Positions 56,707 to 64,000 of a stretch of 64,000 nucleotides of DNA are shown in pieces. The stretch spans positions 49,819-113,818 of IMG/VR virus record IMGVR_UViG_3300049914_000251; one strand, given 5' to 3'. The stretch comes from a virus. Position numbers and translations under genes: made by a program. Each line of letters opens with the position of its first letter. Within the stretch, counting starts at the first letter, position 1. The notes under the pieces are model-generated. The model was not told the DNA's origin and made no database searches. It was given only the letters and a program-made list of their open reading frames with translations.

Positions 56707-59700
56707 CAAATCCCCTTTGGCATCCTCGCTAAACTGCATCGCTGTCTATATACGTCGTTTTGGCCCGTAGTAGGACTGATAGGATTGCGCCACAGCCTCT
56801 TAATCTCCTCGAATGTGTATGGGTTCCCTCTCTCGAATTCCAAGCTCACAGCCTTAACTCTTTCATCATGTGTAGCGATCCAGTAATAACCGTACTCATC
56901 TTTAAACGGATCTTGCTCCCATGCTAACAGCCTTCCCTCATTACTTATCTTACTAATCTCTGTCCTAACTATCAGCTCTGCCCGAGTATCCGCAATATCT
57001 CCGACCTCTTTTATCTTCTTCTTCATTGCCGGAAGGCTAAACTGCACTTCTCCTTTGAAGGCATCTCTTATTACTCCAGCTATTGCCTGATGCTGTTCCC
57101 TGCCCATGTCCTTAACGGCCTCCAATATACCATTCGGATTCTTGATTATCCAGTTATATCCCAGCCTATGCATCGTTCCACCTAAAGCTACTCCGCTTTC
57201 CTTCATACCAGCAGCAAGACCTGTCTCGTAAATGCTCCATGATATCGGTGTTGCCGCTGCAACTGTGGTTGTAGCATACTTCTTAATAAAAGCATTCAAC
57301 CGGTCCTGAACTTCCCCTTCAGTCATTTCTGGTTTCATTTCATCCAAGAACTTATTTAACTCTTCCCGGTAATTACCCTTGATAATCTTCAAAAGCTCAG
57401 GTTCGTACTTCTTAGCTCCTTTCGGCAGCTTACCTTCCAGCTTTTTCCGAACATCATCAGGCAACTCAGATACCGCCTTCATCAAATCAAAAGGGAGTAT
57501 TCTTAACCCCATGCCTTCGAGATGCTTGGACAGCTCCGAAACATATCCCGGATACCCCAATTTGATCCTGCCTTCTCCTACCCCCTTCACCAAAACTTCG
57601 CACACGCGAGATGTCAATTCTGGATCCTTAGTTCGGACTATGCCATTTCTATCTATATGTCCCAAACGTTCATCTCCACGGTAAATATCATAGCCTACAG
57701 ATTTAAAAACCCCGGCCGAAAGTCTTTTAGGGTCTATTTTAGGTTCAAGAGAACCCTGCTTATATGACTCTTCTACGTATATACGTGCATCTCTTTCTTT
57801 AGGAAATCCTATTACGGCCGGTGCCTTATATCCAGAATGTTTAACAGTAACTCCATAACCATCTCCTCGCTCCGCAATACTCATTTCAACAGCAGCGCCG
57901 CCGATTTTCCCTTTGAAATTTGTCTTGTTCTCATCAACCGTTACGCCTTTTTCCTCCCACCAGGGCTTCTCAGGTTCCGGTCCTTCTGGCTGTTCCTCTG
58001 AGTGCTCTCCTGTCCGGTGTTTCTGAACCTCAGGATGAAACTGGTTCTCATAACCACCATGCCCCTGTACCGCATGCCTATGTTCCTTTACACCAGCCTT
58101 ATTCATCCTAGTCTCAAGAATCACGCATGCAGATTTATTCAGCTGTCCAGATAAAGCTAATTCCAACTCTTTCTTTACCTCCTCTTTCTTATTTTTTTCT
58201 GCCTCAGAAGTTTCCTGTGCCGGAGGAAGTTGTTCCAGCATCTGTTCAGGAGTAGCAGCCTCACCTTCCCTTGGTGCTGGCAACGTTGCCTCTCCACCCA
58301 TTTCCCCCTCAGGTACTCCACCTTCTGCCCCAGGCGGCATCCCAGCCCCACCTTCTGCCCCAGGCGGCATCCCAGCCATCATTGGAGGCGCTGGTGGTTT
58401 CGGCTTTCTACTAAACACAAACTGATCTCTATCATCGAGAGAAACCTCAAATCCCATATTAACCATTTGCATAGCTATCGCAGTCTTTGCTGACCTCTCT
58501 TCCAATAACAACATCTCTGTCTTCTCTTCTGGTATAGCCAACCTTATCACAAAGTCCGTAACTCCAAAAGATTCCAATATCTTGGGTAATACCTTTAGAT
58601 TCCAAGACTTCTGAGCCGACTCTACCACACGACCCATCACTACCAGCTGATTAGTAGAAGTATCCCGGCCTCCCACCTGAGCAGGAGAACCCATGAAAAT
58701 CCTGGACACTCCCCACATACCAGCGATAAAATCACCTATCCGGTCGGAAATATTCTGGAAATCCATCTCCTGGAAATTCGAGCCAAAGCGGATATACTCC
58801 GTCTTGCCCTGACCGGTTCTCTTAGAAACCGCTACCCAGGCGATGTGATGCGGATTCTCCCGCAGTTTCATCTCCTGGTCCTTAATACGCTGCTCCAATC
58901 CTAGCGGGTCATCCGTTACCGTAACGATTACTCCAGGTGGTATAATTCTCTCGTAGAAATAATCATATAACCACCTGTCCATGCCCAACATTGTCAGAGC
59001 TTTCTCATACACCGACAAAATTGGCGAATACCCGTATGTCTTGCTCGGAGCGTATCTGCTCCAGTGAATAACTTCCTTCCTAATATAGAACCTGTACTTG
59101 CCACGATACAGATACCTGTACATGGCCGGGTACATCTTTCTGCCGCACTCCGGACATACAGGCGGAATCTCTGCTGCCTGCACCTTCTCTGACTCCGGAA
59201 CAGCTACTTGTGGAAACTCCTGATATCCCGGTGCTACCACGTTGGAAGAAGCCTCATCTCTCCTGTGCATAATACAAACATAATGCGCTCTCTCCGGCAT
59301 ACCATTGGCATCCAGGTCAAACTCGATGTTGCAGGGATCCATCCTTAGAATCTGCTTCATCCTCTCCTTTACAGGAGGTTCCTTATCATCAACGTTAAAG
59401 AAATACTCCTTGACCAACAACATGAAACCGTCATCCACTATATTCACATCGTCTTCGCACTCCCGGCAAACATCCTCTAATGACTGATCAAAATCATTGG
59501 CTTTTATCATAAATTTCATGAAGTATTTCAACTGCATCGGATCAGGATCCCTGGTATCCCACTCCTTAGTTACAATACCTTCTTTATTGCGCTCTATGCA
59601 GTTAGGACACTTCAGCGTCTGATGATCAAATTCGCTCTTACATTCCGGATTCATGCAAATCTTAACAAATTTAGGAACAGGAGTATCAAACCCCCGCCTG

Positions 59701-60011
59701 AAAATCTCGTTTCTTATGTTAATTACCGAAGCTCTGATTGGTGTAACAGCGAAGGCTATCGTGTACAGGTTGTCCAAACGTGCCCTTCTGGAATAGTACA
59801 ACTGCTGTCGAGCCTTAAATCCAATATCCTCTACGCCTATTGGTGACGTAGCCGACCTTCTGGTATCAGAATCCATAAACTCTTTTACCTTCTTCTCAAC
59901 AGCCGTCATCGAAGACCCCGAAGGCCCTTCTTTAGACTTACTCAATTCCATAAGATGCGTCCTGTCTGGCATCATAGGTGTTCTCGTTATGTCCCATCCC
60001 AATACCTTCAT
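56706..60011 (-). CDS. Portal protein fused to a MuF (SPP1 gp7-like) head morphogenesis domain
   Basis: EVIH...YGYSP...YDYF...IPPGVI...FQEMDF (portal); RAELIVRTE...YYWIATHDERV...RC (MuF); follows TerL. Confidence 0.85.
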   Translation of the reverse strand: MKVLGWDITRTPMMPDRTHLMELSKSKEGPSGSSMTAVEKKVKEFMDSDTRRSATSPIGVEDIGFKARQQLYYSRRARLDNLYTIAFAVTPIRASVINIRNEIFRRGFDTPVPKFVKICMNPECKSEFDHQTLKCPNCIERNKEGIVTKEWDTRDPDPMQLKYFMKFMIKANDFDQSLEDVCRECEDDVNIVDDGFMLLVKEYFFNVDDKEPPVKERMKQILRMDPCNIEFDLDANGMPERAHYVCIMHRRDEASSNVVAPGYQEFPQVAVPESEKVQAAEIPPVCPECGRKMYPAMYRYLYRGKYRFYIRKEVIHWSRYAPSKTYGYSPILSVYEKALTMLGMDRWLYDYFYERIIPPGVIVTVTDDPLGLEQRIKDQEMKLRENPHHIAWVAVSKRTGQGKTEYIRFGSNFQEMDFQNISDRIGDFIAGMWGVSRIFMGSPAQVGGRDTSTNQLVVMGRVVESAQKSWNLKVLPKILESFGVTDFVIRLAIPEEKTEMLLLEERSAKTAIAMQMVNMGFEVSLDDRDQFVFSRKPKPPAPPMMAGMPPGAEGGAGMPPGAEGGVPEGEMGGEATLPAPREGEAATPEQMLEQLPPAQETSEAEKNKKEEVKKELELALSGQLNKSACVILETRMNKAGVKEHRHAVQGHGGYENQFHPEVQKHRTGEHSEEQPEGPEPEKPWWEEKGVTVDENKTNFKGKIGGAAVEMSIAERGDGYGVTVKHSGYKAPAVIGFPKERDARIYVEESYKQGSLEPKIDPKRLSAGVFKSVGYDIYRGDERLGHIDRNGIVRTKDPELTSRVCEVLVKGVGEGRIKLGYPGYVSELSKHLEGMGLRILPFDLMKAVSELPDDVRKKLEGKLPKGAKKYEPELLKIIKGNYREELNKFLDEMKPEMTEGEVQDRLNAFIKKYATTTVAAATPISWSIYETGLAAGMKESGVALGGTMHRLGYNWIIKNPNGILEAVKDMGREQHQAIAGVIRDAFKGEVQFSLPAMKKKIKEVGDIADTRAELIVRTEISKISNEGRLLAWEQDPFKDEYGYYWIATHDERVKAVSLEFERGNPYTFEEIKRLWRNPISPTTGQNDVYRQRCSLARMPKGI

Positions 60012-60028
60012 TTTGCCTTCCTTTCGCC

Positions 60029-61909
60029 CTACGGCCTCGCCATGTTAGGTGCGGCTACTGGTCCATTTTCTGGCTCATCCACAGCTACCCGCTGTGATTT
60101 CTTCTTATTATACCAATCAGCCACTACCGTACTGTCTTTATAGATCTCAGCCAGCGCGTCTGCTTCTTTACCATACTGCCATCTTTGATTCATCTGCGCT
60201 TTATCTAAAACAGCCTTAGCCTCAACCCGGGTCTTTCCAAATATCTGCTGCACGTCACCTACTGTCCTGGCTTGAGCTGTTTTTCTGGCATCTATCTCAG
60301 CAGCTACTGCCAGCATCCAGGAAAAGAAAGCGTCACCGTGACCTTCCTCAGTAGATGCCGATTTCAAATCGTTACGAACCTGGATGATCTGAGACTTCTG
60401 CCTGTCATCATCTAACAGCCTAACGTGCCTGTGATTTACCTCTCCCTCAAGTGCCGTGGCCATTTTAAGTTTTCCGCGAGCGTCTGTAGTTTTACTATCC
60501 CGAACACTGAACACTACCGGTTTACAAATTGTAGGCTCTAAACCACGATCTTCCAACTCTCCTCGGGTGTTATCCCAATAAAGAGAATCTATCCCAAAGA
60601 CCTCGATCATTCGGTTCACATATTCTACCTGTGCCGTATAATCCATGTCTTCGAGATAAATAGAACAAATCTGAATCTTGGTCTCCCCTTCCTTCCTGAA
60701 TACTGAAAGATGACTAGGATGCTGTTTCTTACCTATGTCCATCCCAGCAATTATTACTTCATCTGGATTACTTCTAATGTACGGATACTCCATAGTGCAA
60801 CGTGGCAAACTCTTATCTATAATACCCTCAATGTCCCCGACCTTAAAATAACTGTCAGACAATGATGCGGGCTGACACATGAACTCTCGCGAATATGCTT
60901 TTGCCTTAATAGCATCTCTTTGCTCATGCAACCAAGCTTTATCATAATTAGCCCATAAACAGTCATATCGCCAGCCCGTTGCGATAGACTCTCCCTCTAC
61001 TTCCACATCAGTGAACCTGTTAACAGCGTTCACACCTATTTTACCAGCGTCTACCCCAGCCATAACGAAATCAACATAATCAGACGCGCCGATATCGAAA
61101 ACACACCCATCCTCAGCCGGTAATTTACGCCACAAATAGCCCTTTCTCTTTTTCACGCTGTGCAGAATATCCCTTGGATCTTGTGGAGTACCTACTATAG
61201 TAAGAGAACCACCTTTTACCGGCAAACTTGCATGTGCCCCATTATACGTCTTCTCGATACGCTGCAACTCTGACGGAGTAGCCAAACCTTCCGTAGAGTC
61301 TGGCAAAATATCATCCAATATCACAAAAGCAGGGTGCAGTCCACGAACAGCTGTAAATATTCCTGCTCCGAGAACCTCTATCCGCCTCTCCCCTAGTTGA
61401 TAATGAAGGCTCTTCACGGATTGCTTGTTCAGATCCTTAAACTTCGTAAAGAACCTATTCTCAGAAATAAGACCCCTGATAATACTAAGATGATGAGCCG
61501 CCAGATCGTCCCTGTATGACACATACATACCAAAATTAAATCTCAACATCCTCCACATCGTTTGAGCATGCCCGCAAATAGTAGATTTCAACGAATAACG
61601 CGGACCTATTTCACAAACGCGGGCCTTACTTTGTATATCCCTGCACCATATGTGATGATGCCAGTTCAACTCAAACTTAAATAACGATTCCTTTTCATAA
61701 GAACACGGAAGAACGTACATACAAAAATTTTCAAAATCATAAATAGATGCCTTAAGGATTTCCTTATCCTTAACCTCCAACCCCTCAAACAGAACGGGAT
61801 CAATATGAGCTACCGCCTCTTCCACGTCTTCCGGATGACTCATACCATGTTCCAGTCTGTCGCTTATATCACCTATACCCTTGATTCCGTCCTTAGTATC
61901 CTTAGTCAT
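60029..61909 (-). CDS. terL: Terminase large subunit
   Basis: GPRYSLKST Walker A, VILDD Walker B, VGTP, SREFMC, IAGMDIG, HGDAFFS. Confidence 0.9.
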   Translation of the reverse strand: MTKDTKDGIKGIGDISDRLEHGMSHPEDVEEAVAHIDPVLFEGLEVKDKEILKASIYDFENFCMYVLPCSYEKESLFKFELNWHHHIWCRDIQSKARVCEIGPRYSLKSTICGHAQTMWRMLRFNFGMYVSYRDDLAAHHLSIIRGLISENRFFTKFKDLNKQSVKSLHYQLGERRIEVLGAGIFTAVRGLHPAFVILDDILPDSTEGLATPSELQRIEKTYNGAHASLPVKGGSLTIVGTPQDPRDILHSVKKRKGYLWRKLPAEDGCVFDIGASDYVDFVMAGVDAGKIGVNAVNRFTDVEVEGESIATGWRYDCLWANYDKAWLHEQRDAIKAKAYSREFMCQPASLSDSYFKVGDIEGIIDKSLPRCTMEYPYIRSNPDEVIIAGMDIGKKQHPSHLSVFRKEGETKIQICSIYLEDMDYTAQVEYVNRMIEVFGIDSLYWDNTRGELEDRGLEPTICKPVVFSVRDSKTTDARGKLKMATALEGEVNHRHVRLLDDDRQKSQIIQVRNDLKSASTEEGHGDAFFSWMLAVAAEIDARKTAQARTVGDVQQIFGKTRVEAKAVLDKAQMNQRWQYGKEADALAEIYKDSTVVADWYNKKKSQRVAVDEPENGPVAAPNMARP

Positions 61910-62516
61910 TTAACTCCTCAATTTGACTGTTTGCGCCAGCTATCGCCTCGTGCACGTTGTATTTATACACAGCTTCCTGAATCAGTGCCACGATTGTCCT
62001 TTTATCCTCTATAGACAGATCCTCAGAAAACTGAGGCGGACCAGTATACCCCGCAGCAGTACCCCAGGCTCCAAATTCGGTAATTAAAGTCCCATTCAGT
62101 GCCTTTATAATCTCATTAACACGCTCATCACTGATATTCACCGGCTCCTTGTACATAGGCATTCGACCAAAACTACTCACGTATCTCCAGCACTCGGAAA
62201 TAATTTCTATTACTCTCTGTATGGGAGAAGGAGTAGGTATTAACCACGCATTCCTGCTCAGACTTCTATACAAGACTTCAGGGATCGGCACATACTCCAA
62301 TTCGACATTAAGAGCTACCAAACCTCTGAAATTATAGCTGTGAGCGCCTTCCTCGCTACAATACTCTCTACGCTGCTCCACCGTAGGTTGTTCGCCATTA
62401 TCCATTGCGTGCTCGGAAGGTGCAGCCGTGTTTATAGAAGGGACATTACGCATCGTAAACGCCTGCCACTGTTGAATCAATTCCAAATACGTCAGTGGTT
62501 CCACAAATCGCTCCAT
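61902..62516 (-). CDS. Hypothetical protein upstream of TerL
   Basis: ORF with GGAGG SD; TerS by position only, no supporting motif. Confidence 0.6.
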   Translation of the reverse strand: MERFVEPLTYLELIQQWQAFTMRNVPSINTAAPSEHAMDNGEQPTVEQRREYCSEEGAHSYNFRGLVALNVELEYVPIPEVLYRSLSRNAWLIPTPSPIQRVIEIISECWRYVSSFGRMPMYKEPVNISDERVNEIIKALNGTLITEFGAWGTAAGYTGPPQFSEDLSIEDKRTIVALIQEAVYKYNVHEAIAGANSQIEELND

Positions 62517-62674
62517 TACCAAACCTCCGGAAAAGGATCATTACTACAATTCTGGCACACCCATGCCCACATAGGTTCCATATTAATATCAAACAATACT
62601 TCTTTTATCATCGTCCCACCACAATCCGGACACATTGCCTCCATAGTAGGCTGAAGAGGAATACTGTTAGGCAT
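62516..62674 (-). CDS. Small Zn-ribbon protein (52 aa; not in ORF track)
   Basis: MCPDCGGTM...WVCQNC; TAATG overlap. Confidence 0.65.
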   Translation of the reverse strand: MPNSIPLQPTMEAMCPDCGGTMIKEVLFDINMEPMWAWVCQNCSNDPFPEVW

Positions 62675-62876
62675 TACAGCCACCAATTTCCGACACTTCC
62701 TCTTTTACTGAATACACATGCTTAAAATGTTCCTCCAGCGGAGTATTTATATAATCCCCACAGCCCTTATCCAGCGAATGAATGATTTTATGATGCAGTT
62801 TGCACCTGTCACCTGCAGTTAGCTCCACCTTATAATGATCGCACAGACCGCATTTCTTATCTGCCACAGCTATCAC
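62667..62876 (-). CDS. Small Cys-rich metal-binding protein
   Basis: CGLCDHY...C..H......C.DY. Confidence 0.6.
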   Translation of the reverse strand: MIAVADKKCGLCDHYKVELTAGDRCKLHHKIIHSLDKGCGDYINTPLEEHFKHVYSVKEEVSEIGGCNA

Positions 62877-63946
62877 ACTTTCTCACACTTAACAGGTTCT
62901 CCCGGCCTCTCAGTAGCTACCTTACTCCTGTAAATATCAGGGGCCGCCTCTGCTTGGGGCATCTTGTTCTTTGCCGGATCTGGCTTCTCTGATTCCTCTC
63001 CTTCTTTGGGCATCTCAGGAACAGGCTCCGGTGGGTTGCTAATATCTTGTATAGTAGGCATCTGAGCCTCTTCACCCGGTTGAGCACCTAAACCACCGAC
63101 TTTAACCAGTTCAAACAATACCAGAGCTTTCTCTAAATCAACCTCTTTCTTAAATATTCTCTCCCACAACTTCTTACCAATACCTGCCTTCCTCTCCGGA
63201 GGTGTCCTGACAGGAGAAAGCCCCTTCGCACTAGGTGGTCTTCTGCTACTCTCTGGTGGTGGTGGTTTCCTATAAAATCTTTTTGGTAATTCCTCTTTAC
63301 CCCAAGGTTCGGGCACAGGCGTAACAAAGGGCCTTCCCCGCTGTCTACCAGCTGCCAATATAGGAGCCAGTTCATCCCAATTACCTTTGTCCTGCTGTAA
63401 ACGAGTAGATTGTCCGTAATGAATTACTTTATCGGTCGGCTTAATCTCATGATGTGCTACCCACCGACGATCTGACTTACCCTCATCATCAGTAGTATCA
63501 ACCAAAGCGTATCCGGGTGCTCCTGCAAAATACTGGTTTCCTGTGTCTTCTTTAGAAATCTCCCCATCCTTTTCCTTATAAGGAGCAAGCCCATGTTCCT
63601 TCCTTTGATGCGCTATCAATTCAGAATAAGCCTTTGAACGGACTTGACAATCTCCCTGCCTACATCTTAAATGTGTAGTTGAAGTAGGACTCATATAAGT
63701 ATCGTGTTTGATCTCCGGATGCTTTTCCTTTATATGCTCACCCTTAGTATATAAACGACCGTCGTCATGATACCCTACATGCTTCTCACAATAATCGCAC
63801 CATTCGGCAGAAACCTTGTTGTGCCTTTTCTGTTGTCCACCCGGCTTCCAATTCTTATCAGGATCGTACCACTTCTTAAGATCCTCTATGACCTTTCGCT
63901 CCTTTTCCAGATCTCGTAAAACTAAAGCTTTATCAATATCGCCCAT
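62873..63946 (-). CDS. Tagged protein with two C2H2-like Zn fingers (start may lie further upstream)
   Basis: IDKALVLRDLEK, DLEKALVLFELVK; CDYC...H....H and C....C...L..H....H; GGAGGT SD before ATG 63946, though the frame is open to the window edge. Confidence 0.65.
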   Translation of the reverse strand: MGDIDKALVLRDLEKERKVIEDLKKWYDPDKNWKPGGQQKRHNKVSAEWCDYCEKHVGYHDDGRLYTKGEHIKEKHPEIKHDTYMSPTSTTHLRCRQGDCQVRSKAYSELIAHQRKEHGLAPYKEKDGEISKEDTGNQYFAGAPGYALVDTTDDEGKSDRRWVAHHEIKPTDKVIHYGQSTRLQQDKGNWDELAPILAAGRQRGRPFVTPVPEPWGKEELPKRFYRKPPPPESSRRPPSAKGLSPVRTPPERKAGIGKKLWERIFKKEVDLEKALVLFELVKVGGLGAQPGEEAQMPTIQDISNPPEPVPEMPKEGEESEKPDPAKNKMPQAEAAPDIYRSKVATERPGEPVKCEKV

Positions 63947-64000
63947 GTTACCTCCGCTGAATTGTTCCGCGCTCTTAACAAACCCCGTCCCCATCTTCTC

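Noticed and set aside
61902-62516. Terminase small subunit call
   Set aside because: Position fits but there is no HTH or other supporting motif; left hypothetical.

Overview
This window is a 64-kb segment of a large tailed dsDNA virus (Caudoviricetes, HK97-type head, probably non-contractile tail). Every credible gene is on the minus strand. In transcription order (right to left) it holds: large terminase; a portal-MuF fusion; a ~19-kb accessory block between portal and prohead protease; scaffold; major capsid protein; three paralogous decoration proteins; neck and collar genes with a collagen fibre; tail genes with a G/GT -1 frameshift; a 2258-aa mosaic tail-tip adhesin; replication genes (SNF2 helicase, intein-containing DnaB-like helicase, primase Zn domain); and a packed array of 21 tRNA genes behind a sigma70 promoter and a structured leader. 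The most striking signal is in the head region. About ten otherwise unrelated proteins share a helical tag (consensus LEKA[VIL]VLxELEK), often followed by a PGYxLVxVxxxxGGxxFxxxRW hairpin. These tags are fused to different payloads: a PI3/4K-HipA-like kinase, an MBL-fold phosphodiesterase, a LigD-like phosphoesterase, C2H2 fingers and small orphan domains. This suggests a modular system for packaging cargo into the capsid and maturing it with the prohead protease. Promoters, Shine-Dalgarno sites and DnaB point to a bacterial host; surface-protein domains hint at Chloroflexota (Dehalococcoidia), although the capsid protein resembles those of archaeal tailed viruses. All family assignments come from recognising motifs by eye; no searches were run.
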